Source: Ignicoccus hospitalis KIN4/I (GTDB lineage Archaea; Thermoproteota; Thermoprotei_A; Sulfolobales; Ignicoccaceae). From it: a DNA stretch of 32,000 nt. The position numbers and the translations under genes were made by a program. Under the pieces are notes generated by a model. It was not told the origin of the DNA. It did no database searches and was given only the letters and a program-made list of their open reading frames with translations. Positions 24,435 through 32,000 of this stretch are shown one piece after another. The number at the start of each line of letters is the position of its first letter. Position 1 is the stretch's first letter. Location of the stretch: the NCBI RefSeq assembly GCF_000017945.1, contig NC_009776.1, positions 1,170,001 to 1,202,000 of the forward strand. Direction: 5' to 3'.

Positions 24435-24905
24435 TTACCTCTCGCTCAGATCTCCCTTATTAACGACAGTTTCGTAAAGTGTCACCAGTTTACCGAACTC
24501 CTCCAGAGCCTCGTCCTTTAACACTACTAGATGTCCGTCCTCGAGGACCCCCACTGCGTGAGGCTTGGCCAAAGCCCCGTTAATCACGTCCCCTTCGAAT
24601 TTCAAGTAAGACATAATGTCATTTATGTTACCCTTGAGCTTTATTGACAACGAGTCGGCTATTTTAATTAATTGCGAGGCGACGTCGTACAGCTTAACGC
24701 CCTCGTCGAAGAAGACCACGCGCTTGGCCCCGCTCGCCTTCAATAGCTTGTACGTCACCTCGTACTTCTTTACGTTCTTCATACCTCTCTTTATAAGGGA
24801 AGTAACGTTCTGCTTGGAAGTGTTTAACATCTTAGCTATCTCGGTAACGCCGTACCCCTTGCTCCTAAGCATCAACGCGAGGAGCTGTCGAGGGGTGGGC
24901 TCCAA
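24435..24905 (-). CDS. Tfx-like HTH transcriptional regulator
   Basis: N-terminal TPRQLLALMLRSKGYGVTEIAKMLNTSKQNVTSLIKRGMKNVKK resembles the Tfx HTH. It is adjacent to the Mo/W transporter. Confidence 0.7.
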   Translation of the reverse strand: MEPTPRQLLALMLRSKGYGVTEIAKMLNTSKQNVTSLIKRGMKNVKKYEVTYKLLKASGAKRVVFFDEGVKLYDVASQLIKIADSLSIKLKGNINDIMSYLKFEGDVINGALAKPHAVGVLEDGHLVVLKDEALEEFGKLVTLYETVVNKGDLSER

Positions 24906-25555
24906 GTTCCTCCCGGGTAAACGGTACTGGTGAACGCTTTAGGTATGTAAGCGACCAGGGCTTGTAGAGTCCCCTTCACGTGGACTACTAACGCGTCCCC
25001 TTTGTTGCCGAGGAAGTTAGTCACCGTTACCGTCTGCACGCCCGGCCCGACTTCGACCACGACGCTGGACCACCTCTTGTTCATCAATGTGACGGTTACC
25101 GTTTTGAAGGACTTGTTCTTTAACACTATCTCCTCCTTATCGGGGCCGGGAGGGTTGTAGGTAAAGGTTACGAGTTCTACCAAGGTCCTCCCTACCTTGA
25201 ACAGACAGCCCGGCCTCCACTTGGCTAAGGCGTCCGCCAAGTAACCCTTAGCGACCAAGGGGCCCGCGTAGGGGTAGGGGATCGCCAGCCCCTTGGAGAA
25301 CAGCCAAGAGGCCGCGGAACCTCGGGAGTTCCAAACTAAGACCAAGCGCCGGCCGAAGCGGTCTTCGCCCACGGTTATCGCTTGAGCTCCCCTCTCAAAG
25401 AACTCCTTCAAGGCCTCTCTGGCCTCTTCGTAACAAGGCATGCCCCTCTCCGGAGCGTTGACTCCGTAAAGCCTGAACTTCACGCCGTGATAAACGAAAG
25501 TGTCTCCATCAATTACGAACACGTGGAAGAGCGTGAAGAGGGTTAGCGGCTCCAC
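24872..25555 (-). CDS. SNase-like nuclease with C-terminal beta-rich, possibly lamin-tail-like extension
   Basis: HVFVIDGDTFVYHGVKFRLYGVNAPERG...GEDRFGRRLVLVW is SNase-like, followed by TYNPPGPDKEEIVLKNKSFKTVTVTLMNKRWSSVVVEVGPG. Confidence 0.75.
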   Translation of the reverse strand: MEPLTLFTLFHVFVIDGDTFVYHGVKFRLYGVNAPERGMPCYEEAREALKEFFERGAQAITVGEDRFGRRLVLVWNSRGSAASWLFSKGLAIPYPYAGPLVAKGYLADALAKWRPGCLFKVGRTLVELVTFTYNPPGPDKEEIVLKNKSFKTVTVTLMNKRWSSVVVEVGPGVQTVTVTNFLGNKGDALVVHVKGTLQALVAYIPKAFTSTVYPGGTWSPPLDSSSR

Positions 25556-25571
25556 GACTGCCCCCGAAAAC

Positions 25572-26708
25572 TCACTTGAACCTCTTTATCCCGGCTATGC
25601 CGAACGTCTTCTTGAACCACTCGGCCTCCGGGACGCCCTCTATTACGACCACTTCTGTACCGTACCTCTTCGCGAGCTCCGTTATCTCCTCCAGCCTCGG
25701 GTGATCCTCGGATATCAATAAAGTTTTCAACATGCCCATGTTCAACGCCTCCAGGGTCTCGGCCTCGCCGTATACTGCGTAGCCCGTGTCCCTCGCCAAG
25801 TGTCGCTTGAACTCCTCCAAGGCCTTAGTTGCCTCGGCGTACTTCTGGCCCTTTATGTCATCCGCCGCCCTTTGGACGAGCTCGTGAAGCCCGTGTTCGT
25901 CCACATCCGCTACGTCGTAAAGGCCTATGGTGAGCTGTTTTATTCGGTAGTCCAGCCCCCCGGCCTCTAAGAAGTCTTGCTTCGAGAAGGCGGGACCACC
26001 TATGAGGACGCCCTTCAACCTCTTTTGTTCTAGATAAGGCAGCAGCAGCTGAGAGGCCCTCTCACCGGCGTGTTTGTAGAACGCCTCGGCCGCTTGTTCT
26101 ATCAGTCGGTCGAACCTCCTCTGGGACTGGCCGCCTCGGTGGTGTTTACCGGGTATGAAGCCTGTGGCCTCTCCGAGGACCTCTATCCTGGAGCCCTTGA
26201 GTGCCCCCACGATCATCCTTCCCCTCTCCACCAGTATTAAGCCGTAAACTTCGGGTTCCTCGACCATATCCTTGAGGAACTCCGTGTGGAACTTCTTGTC
26301 CGTCCTGTAGAAGAAGACCGGAACCTTGTCCGGCGGCGAGAAGGTGAAGCACTCCAGCTTCTCCGTGTTCGGGTTTACGCCGCAGAATATCACTAGCCCG
26401 TTAGGAGGAACCTTGTCGAACATCTTTAACCTCTCCATTGCTGCCGTCAGAGCCGCCTTGACCGCTTCCCTGGTCTTCTTCAACTTGACGTTGTCAGCGA
26501 CGCTGAGCTCTTTCCTCAAGAGCTCCATTACGTCCCCTACCGGCCTGCCGGGCGGTATGTACAAGCTCAAGAGGGTCGTCGCGGGGGCGCTCCACTGCTC
26601 CAATTCCTTCAAGAGCCGCTTGAGCTCGGCCCTACTGATCTCCACGCCCTTGGTCTGAGACACTTTCGCGCCCCGCCCTATCGGGGGTAAAAAACTGTAT
26701 TTATACAC
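25572..26708 (-). CDS. prf1: archaeal peptide chain release factor aRF1
   Basis: SLYIPPGRPVGDVMELLRKELSVADNVKLKKTREAV, GKHHRGGQSQRRFDRLIEQAAEAFYK and LLISEDHPRLEEI. Confidence 0.95.
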   Translation of the reverse strand: MYKYSFLPPIGRGAKVSQTKGVEISRAELKRLLKELEQWSAPATTLLSLYIPPGRPVGDVMELLRKELSVADNVKLKKTREAVKAALTAAMERLKMFDKVPPNGLVIFCGVNPNTEKLECFTFSPPDKVPVFFYRTDKKFHTEFLKDMVEEPEVYGLILVERGRMIVGALKGSRIEVLGEATGFIPGKHHRGGQSQRRFDRLIEQAAEAFYKHAGERASQLLLPYLEQKRLKGVLIGGPAFSKQDFLEAGGLDYRIKQLTIGLYDVADVDEHGLHELVQRAADDIKGQKYAEATKALEEFKRHLARDTGYAVYGEAETLEALNMGMLKTLLISEDHPRLEEITELAKRYGTEVVVIEGVPEAEWFKKTFGIAGIKRFK

Positions 26709-26709
26709 G

Positions 26710-27276
26710 TCACCTCTTGCACAGCTCGACGAAGTTCTGAAAGACCAAGGAACCCTTTTCCGTGTGCTGGACTTCAGGGTGGAACTGGACTCCGTAATAG
26801 GGCCCGTTGTAATATTTGAGGGCTTGCACCCGGGTGTTCTCGCTGTGGGCTATTACTTTACTGTTCGGAGGCTCTCGGAGCACTTCTTCGTTGTGGCTCT
26901 CCCAAGCCCTAAAGGAGGGGGCCAGCCCCCTCAGTATGTCGTCCTCGTCGTCTACGAATATGGTGACGTCGCCGTACTCCGGCTTAGGGGAGGGCCCCAC
27001 CTCGCCGCCGTTCAAGAGGGCCAAGACTTGGTGGCCCAAGCAGATGCCCAGCAGCGGCTTCTTCCAACGCAAGTAGGCTTCCAAGCCCTTAACTTTGTCG
27101 AAGTCCTTAGGCATGGTTAGGGGACCGCCTCCAAAGACCACGCAGTCGAACTCGCCCTCGTCGGGGGGAGGGAGGTTGTAGGGACGGAGCGCGGCCTCGT
27201 GACCTATCCTCTCGATACTCCTCTTTATCAAGTGGTTGTACTGGCCCCCGAAGGCCACCACGAGGACTTTAACCAC
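26710..27276 (-). CDS. guaA: GMP synthase glutamine amidotransferase subunit
   Basis: VVAFGGQYNHLIKRSI, PLLGICLGHQVLALLNGGEVGPSPKPEYG and YGVQFHPEVQHTEKG. Confidence 0.92.
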   Translation of the reverse strand: MVKVLVVAFGGQYNHLIKRSIERIGHEAALRPYNLPPPDEGEFDCVVFGGGPLTMPKDFDKVKGLEAYLRWKKPLLGICLGHQVLALLNGGEVGPSPKPEYGDVTIFVDDEDDILRGLAPSFRAWESHNEEVLREPPNSKVIAHSENTRVQALKYYNGPYYGVQFHPEVQHTEKGSLVFQNFVELCKR

Positions 27277-27334
27277 TCCCTTCCCCGGAGGGCCAAAAAG
27301 GAGTGGATTAATGAACGAAATTTTGTGAAGTACG

Positions 27335-28090
27335 TCACTTGAGGCCGAGCCTCGCCTTCGCTTGCTTGCAGCCCCTTCCAGTGCACCGGGCGGCGATGTG
27401 GCCGACCTTCTGTCCCGGCGGGGCGTTCCTCGCGACGGTGGTCGGATAGCCGGGGCTCTGGTGGTTCCCGCCTCCGTGCGGGTGGTTGACCGCGTTCATC
27501 GCCACGCCCCTAACTACCGGCCACTTCTTGGCCTTGGCCTTCCACTTGTAATACGCGTTTCCGGCCTTCAGCAGTGGCTTCTCGTCCCTTCCCGCTCCCG
27601 CCGCTATGCCTATGGTAGCCCTAGCCTTGGCGTTTACTTGCTTCACCTTGCCGCTCGGGAGTTGTATTATCGCGCTGTTTCCGCTCTTGCCCACGAGGAT
27701 CGCGTAGGCCCCTCCGCTCCTCGCGAGCTTCCCCCCGTCTCCAGGCCTTATCTCCACGTTGAATATCTGAGTTCCTTCGGGAATTGCATAAAGGGGCAAG
27801 ATGTTTCCGTTCACAGGGGCCGCGTTGGGGCCTATCTGAACCTTCTGGCCGGTGTACATGCCCTCAGCGGCGGGGATCCAGAAGTCGGCTACGTTGGGAA
27901 TTACTATATGAGCCAGGGGGACCCAGCGGCCCGGGTCGTGCTTAAGCTCCACTACGTACCCTTCGTATGTTTCGTCAAGCTTGAGCACCTCCGGAGAGGG
28001 GTAGCGGCCAGGGGCTACCCTTAGGTGACCCCTGTTCCTCCACTGCGGCGTCCCTCTGCCGTGCCTTTGTACCCTCAGCCTCTTGCCCAT
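27335..28090 (-). CDS. rpl2: 50S ribosomal protein L2
   Basis: MGKRLRVQRHGRGTPQWRNRGHLRVAPGRYP, VKQVNAKARATIGIAAGAG, RGVAMNAVNHPHGGGNHQ. Confidence 0.97.
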   Translation of the reverse strand: MGKRLRVQRHGRGTPQWRNRGHLRVAPGRYPSPEVLKLDETYEGYVVELKHDPGRWVPLAHIVIPNVADFWIPAAEGMYTGQKVQIGPNAAPVNGNILPLYAIPEGTQIFNVEIRPGDGGKLARSGGAYAILVGKSGNSAIIQLPSGKVKQVNAKARATIGIAAGAGRDEKPLLKAGNAYYKWKAKAKKWPVVRGVAMNAVNHPHGGGNHQSPGYPTTVARNAPPGQKVGHIAARCTGRGCKQAKARLGLK

Positions 28091-28161
28091 TCCTAGCTAC
28101 CCCTCCGCGGGGCTGCGGGTGGATATAAAGGGATTCGCGAGGAGGACCGCGCGGTCGGAGC

Positions 28162-28350
28162 TTGGACGTGTGCTCTCAGATAGCCAAAGCTATGATGGAG
28201 GTACTCGAAGAACTGGAAAAGGACGTGAAGGACGAGAGGATAAAGCTCTTGAAGGCCTACTTGGACATGTTGAGCTCGTGTGTAAAGGGGGCCGATACGG
28301 CCATCTCGTTAGTTGAGATGCTCGGAAAGGGGCGCTTAGAGGTCAACTGA
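28162..28350 (+). CDS. small hypothetical protein
   Basis: 62-aa helical-looking ORF MDVCSQIAKAMMEVLEELEKDVKDERIKLLKAYLDMLSSCVKGADTAISLVEMLG, divergent from rpl2. Confidence 0.5.
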   Translation: MDVCSQIAKAMMEVLEELEKDVKDERIKLLKAYLDMLSSCVKGADTAISLVEMLGKGRLEVN

Positions 28351-28353
28351 AAC

Positions 28354-28412
28354 GGCTCGGTCCGGGATTCGGTCCTCACCCAGTTCGGGCAAGGATGCGA
28401 GTCCTCATCGCC
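28354..28412 (-). ncRNA. candidate C/D-box-like sRNA directly after helicase stop codon (tentative)
   Basis: GGC-GATGA(GG..16 nt..)CCGA-ACTGG-GTGAGGA-(12 nt CCGAATCCCGGA)-CCGA-GCC; terminal GGC/GCC pairing. Box sequences deviate from RUGAUGA/CUGA. Confidence 0.22.
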
Positions 28413-31096
28413 TACCAATACCTCCTCGTCCTCACGTACGTCTTCTCGGCCTCTATGATAGCATCTATTAGATCCTTTAAGCCCGCCCTCACGTCGCTCA
28501 AGAGCCTTGCGGCAGTCCTAGAGCCTATCCCCCTCCCCGCTAGGGCAATCAAAGCATCTCTGCCGTAGGTCGAGAGCAGTAAGGCCCTATTCCTAGCTTC
28601 TTCGGCCAACTTCTTCAGCTTCTTGTCCGGCTCCTTCCCAGCCGCTATCATCTCCGCGACCTCCTCGAGCTCTTTCTCGTTAAATGTCGGAACCACGGTG
28701 GCCGAGCCGCAAGAGCACCTTATATCGACGTTCTTAACCTTTCCCCTCCACTTCCTCCCACACAACAAACAGACCATCGTCACTTCCCTGTTCTCCAACC
28801 TAAGCTTGACGGCCTCCTTGACGACCGCCTGGGGGGAGGAGGAGACGTCCTTGGAGTACCAAGCCCCTTCTAGCGCCCACTTGGACTGCTCGCTAAAGCC
28901 CCTCCTCACGACGAGCTCGCTCTTCTCGAGAATTTCCTTAGCTCCCTCTATATCTAACTTTTCCACCAATATCTCTTTCATAGCCTCCTTCCCTGGGGGC
29001 AAGTCTAAGTAAACCTTCCTTAGCGTCTTTTCTACCTTCTTGAGCTCGTCCAAACTGATACTCTTTCTGTTCAGAAGGCCCATCCTCACCAGCACCTTGC
29101 TGAGCCTCCAAGCGTACAGCTTGGACTGCTTCACCGCGTCCCTCACGAGGGCCTCTAGGTCTTGGTACTTGAGCGACTTAAATAGGCGTTCTGCCGTCGC
29201 CTCGTCAGCTTGCTTAGGCAAGAAGAGGATTACGTGGTACGGCGTCGTGTTGAAGGAAGCCGACCCGAACTCGTAGCGCGCCAGCTCGGAGAGGGCGTAA
29301 GCCAAGGCCAAGTTCGCCTTACTCCCTCCGTGTACGTTGTAAACTATTACGTTCCCCTCGACCTCCGCTACCACAACCTTGTCGTTAGCCACGGGTCCCT
29401 TGACGCTTCTCAAGAACTCCCTCAATCTCTCTTTACCTTCCTGATCCGTCGGGTAGTTATCTATGAGGAGGTCGAAAGCCCTCTTCAGGGCGCCTACCTC
29501 CCTCGCCACCTTCCTGTCCACCGGTATCAGCTCCCCCTCCCAGCTGGGGGGCGGGCCCTCGCCCTCGGACCTCTCGACGTAAACGTTCTCGTTTTCCATG
29601 CCGATGAACTTCCAGACCTTCCCGCCTAGGACGAAGGTGTCGCCCGGCTCCAAGTCCACCACGAACTCTTCGTCGAGGGTCCCCACGACCTCGTTAGTCC
29701 CGTATACGATTACCTTATACTGCTTGCTTTCAACTATCATTCCCGTGGTTCTGTAGTAGATTTCCCCCTTCTTCGTGGCGCGGCAGAAGCTCCCGTCGCA
29801 CGAGACTAACTTGTTCTCTACGAGTAAGTTGAAGACTTCTTCGAAGTCTTGGTAGCTCAGCCCCCAGAACGGGTAGGCCCTCCTTACGAGGTCGAACAAT
29901 CGCTCCTTGTGGCGCGGCCCTTCCACTAGCGTCCCGACTATCTGGTGGGCCAACACGTCCAAGGGATTTTCGTGGACCCTTATCTCTTCGAGGTTCCCCC
30001 TCTCGGCCCTCTTCGCTATTACCAATGCCTCGAAGGCCTCGTACGGCTTAAGCCCCGTAACCACGCTCCCCTTGGGGCTCTCGTAAGGCTTGTGCTCGGC
30101 CCTCCCGACCCTCTGCACGAGGTTAGTTACCCTGCGCGGCGAGGCGAACTGCACTACGTGCTTCACGGAACCTATGTCTATTCCGAGCTCCAGGGAGGAG
30201 GTGGCCACGATTACTTTGAGCTCGCCCTTACGGGCGCGGCGCTCCACTCCCTCCCTCTCCTTCTTTGAGAGGGAGCCGTGGTGGACCGCGACCTCCTCTC
30301 CGAACTCCTCCTTGAGGATCTTGCCCAACACTTCTGCCGTATCCCTTGTGTTTGTAAATACCAAAACTGTCCCGTCAATTTTCTTTATTATTTCTTTAAC
30401 CTTAGAAACCATATTTTCAAACGAATCCTCTACGTATACCTTTATTTCGGGCTTCTTGACGGTCTCGTCCGCCACATCTATCACGAACCTCCCTCCGCCC
30501 AGGAACTTCTTGGCCAAGTTCACGTTCGATATTGTAGCGCTCACGCCTATCCTTTGTACCCGCGCCCTCTCGGAAAGCCTCTCGAGCGCGACCGTTAGCT
30601 CGGCCCCCCTCTTCTCCTCTATGAGTTCGTGTAGCTCGTCAACGATTACATACTCTACGTTATTTAGATGCTTGAGCATTTCCTTGTTAGCCAGAATTAT
30701 GTTTAAGCTCTCTGGAGTAGTGACGAGGACCTCCGGAGGATGTTCTATTATCTTCTTCCTCCTACTATAAGGCGTGTCGCCGTGCCAGACGTCTACGTTC
30801 AGCCCGGCTTCTCTGAGCAGTTCCAAGGCCCTTATGCCTATATCTCTGTTCAAGGCCCTCAACGGCGTGATGTAGAGTGCTTTGAGACCCCCGAACGAAC
30901 CCTTCTGAATTATGCGCGCGGCCACGGGCAAGAGGGCAGCTTCAGTCTTGCCGCTCCCAGTGGGGGCCGTTATCAAGGTGTGGTAACCTTGAAGGATTAT
31001 GGGTATGGCCTTCTCTTGGATGGGAGTTGGAGAGCGGATCCCCTTCTTCCTTAAAGCTTCTCTGAGCTCCTTCGGTAGGAGGGAGAACGCATTCAT
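28412..31096 (-). CDS. Lhr/Ski2-type superfamily 2 helicase (ASH-Ski2-like)
   Basis: TPIQEKAIPIILQGYHTLITAPTGSGKTEAALLPV, DELHELIEEKRG, VSATISN, LVQRVGRAEH, a zinc-finger-like CLLCGRKW...CSCGS and C-terminal YVRTRRYW. Confidence 0.92.
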   Translation of the reverse strand: MNAFSLLPKELREALRKKGIRSPTPIQEKAIPIILQGYHTLITAPTGSGKTEAALLPVAARIIQKGSFGGLKALYITPLRALNRDIGIRALELLREAGLNVDVWHGDTPYSRRKKIIEHPPEVLVTTPESLNIILANKEMLKHLNNVEYVIVDELHELIEEKRGAELTVALERLSERARVQRIGVSATISNVNLAKKFLGGGRFVIDVADETVKKPEIKVYVEDSFENMVSKVKEIIKKIDGTVLVFTNTRDTAEVLGKILKEEFGEEVAVHHGSLSKKEREGVERRARKGELKVIVATSSLELGIDIGSVKHVVQFASPRRVTNLVQRVGRAEHKPYESPKGSVVTGLKPYEAFEALVIAKRAERGNLEEIRVHENPLDVLAHQIVGTLVEGPRHKERLFDLVRRAYPFWGLSYQDFEEVFNLLVENKLVSCDGSFCRATKKGEIYYRTTGMIVESKQYKVIVYGTNEVVGTLDEEFVVDLEPGDTFVLGGKVWKFIGMENENVYVERSEGEGPPPSWEGELIPVDRKVAREVGALKRAFDLLIDNYPTDQEGKERLREFLRSVKGPVANDKVVVAEVEGNVIVYNVHGGSKANLALAYALSELARYEFGSASFNTTPYHVILFLPKQADEATAERLFKSLKYQDLEALVRDAVKQSKLYAWRLSKVLVRMGLLNRKSISLDELKKVEKTLRKVYLDLPPGKEAMKEILVEKLDIEGAKEILEKSELVVRRGFSEQSKWALEGAWYSKDVSSSPQAVVKEAVKLRLENREVTMVCLLCGRKWRGKVKNVDIRCSCGSATVVPTFNEKELEEVAEMIAAGKEPDKKLKKLAEEARNRALLLSTYGRDALIALAGRGIGSRTAARLLSDVRAGLKDLIDAIIEAEKTYVRTRRYW

Positions 31097-31135
31097 TTCC
31101 TTTCGAGGGCTTAGGGATGGAATAAAAAGTTAAAG

Positions 31136-31510
31136 TTACTCTACCTTTATCTCCTTGCGCGCCTCCCAGAGACCGTGGAGGTTACAGTAGGAAATAGCGT
31201 AGAGTACCCCAGACTTCTTCAGTTTCAAGGTGAAGGTCACGTCAGGCTCCGCGTAGCCCGGCTCGAAGGCCACCCTTCCCAGCATTACCGGGTTGAACGG
31301 CCTGCCCTCCTCGTAGAAGTACAGCTCTATCCAGCGTATGCTGTGGGCCGCCTCGTTGGGGTGTGGCCCTACGGACACCCTCACTTGGAAGGGTTGGTCG
31401 GCCTTGACCTTCTCTGGGGCCTCTATCTTGGGCGTATGGGTCTCAGCCTTGGATATGGCCTCTCCCTCGGCCCTGTCGGGGGTGTATATGAGTTCGCCGA
31501 AGCTCTTCAT
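31136..31510 (-). CDS. sor: superoxide reductase (neelaredoxin/desulfoferrodoxin family)
   Basis: ETHTPKIEAP, VGPHPNEAAHSIRWIELYF and YCNLHGLW provide the SOR iron-site His and Cys ligands. Confidence 0.93.
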   Translation of the reverse strand: MKSFGELIYTPDRAEGEAISKAETHTPKIEAPEKVKADQPFQVRVSVGPHPNEAAHSIRWIELYFYEEGRPFNPVMLGRVAFEPGYAEPDVTFTLKLKKSGVLYAISYCNLHGLWEARKEIKVE

Positions 31511-31568
31511 GTTCTCGTCCGTGTCCTCCCTCTATTGGAGGAAAATTAAGTTGGGGCCTTTGAGGTCG

Positions 31569-32000
31569 TTACGTGCCTATTCTTATACGCTGTTTCTTGA
31601 CGAGTTCCTTGAGGGTCTCTATAAGGGATAGTGCGGCCAACAAGCTGGTTTTGGGATTGTCCGGGCTGGGTACGTTTGTTACTTTGACGTAAAGCTCCCC
31701 AGCCTTTGACTTTACCCTTATCTCGTGGACGTTCTTATCTACTGAGGGGTCGGCGACCACCTTCACGGTGGCTTCCTTCCCCGCGGCGAGTGAGACTGTT
31801 GCGACTACGTTCACGTTGGTGGGGAACCTCTTTACAGCCTCGCTGGCCGGCCCCTCGAATAGGACCGTCTTCTCCTCGACGTTTACGCCCAACGCTTTAG
31901 GGTTTTTAGTAGTTATAACTTGAACCTCCTCTATCCCGGCGTTCTTTAACGCCTTTATCGCGTCTATTCCGGCAACCGCCCCGCTGGGAACGACTATTGA
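31569..32000 (-). CDS. nadX: L-aspartate dehydrogenase, C-terminal part (runs off the window)
   Basis: The frame is open from 32000: SIVVPSGAVAGIDAIKALKNAGIEEVQVITTKNPKALGVNVEEKTVLFEGPASEAVKRFPTNVNVVATVSLAAG...ADPSVDKNVHEIRV...NVPSPDNPKTSLLAALSL. Confidence 0.85.
   Translation of the reverse strand, partial: SIVVPSGAVAGIDAIKALKNAGIEEVQVITTKNPKALGVNVEEKTVLFEGPASEAVKRFPTNVNVVATVSLAAGKEATVKVVADPSVDKNVHEIRVKSKAGELYVKVTNVPSPDNPKTSLLAALSLIETLKELVKKQRIRIGT

Noticed and set aside
1-32000. CRISPR array, toxin-antitoxin, restriction-modification or transposase
   Set aside because: Looked for regularly spaced repeats, cas-like, methylase/restriction and DDE/IS motifs; none seen in the sequence or ORF translations.

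Overview
This 32 kb window is densely coding archaeal DNA. Gene content, the GTG/TTG-rich starts and a neelaredoxin with the ETHTP variant motif suggest a Desulfurococcales crenarchaeon, most likely Ignicoccus hospitalis. That assignment is my inference; no database search was done. Supported content: (i) a small family of Cys-rich or secreted, membrane-anchored proteins around a tRNA-binding-domain protein; (ii) a four-repeat CBS protein; (iii) a CstA-type peptide transporter; (iv) an ArsA/Get3-like ATPase module; (v) tRNA-Val(GAC), tRNA-Phe(GAA) and an intron-containing tRNA-Val(UAC); (vi) trpC; (vii) a peptide ABC transporter with dppBCD contiguous and a separate dppF-like ATPase; (viii) NOL1/NOP2/Sun and THUMP-SPOUT-like RNA methyltransferases, a HisC-like aminotransferase and archaeal riboflavin synthase; (ix) a molybdate/tungstate ABC cassette with a Tfx-like regulator; (x) an SNase-like nuclease with a C-terminal extension, aRF1, GuaA amidotransferase subunit, ribosomal protein L2, an Lhr/Ski2-type helicase, superoxide reductase and a partial aspartate dehydrogenase. 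I see no CRISPR array, rRNA, transposase or recognisable defence system. The best leads are: an unlisted Cys-rich short reading frame with no canonical start directly in frame after a stop codon (9619-9870); an AT-richer, atypical-codon island with a repeated GGAGTCTCAA motif beside two tRNA genes (about 9871-10810); the two near-identical valine tRNAs differing by anticodon plus a 16-nt intron; the Mo/W transporter with Tfx-like regulator; the altered NIKS motif in aRF1; and the cysteine-rich surface protein family.
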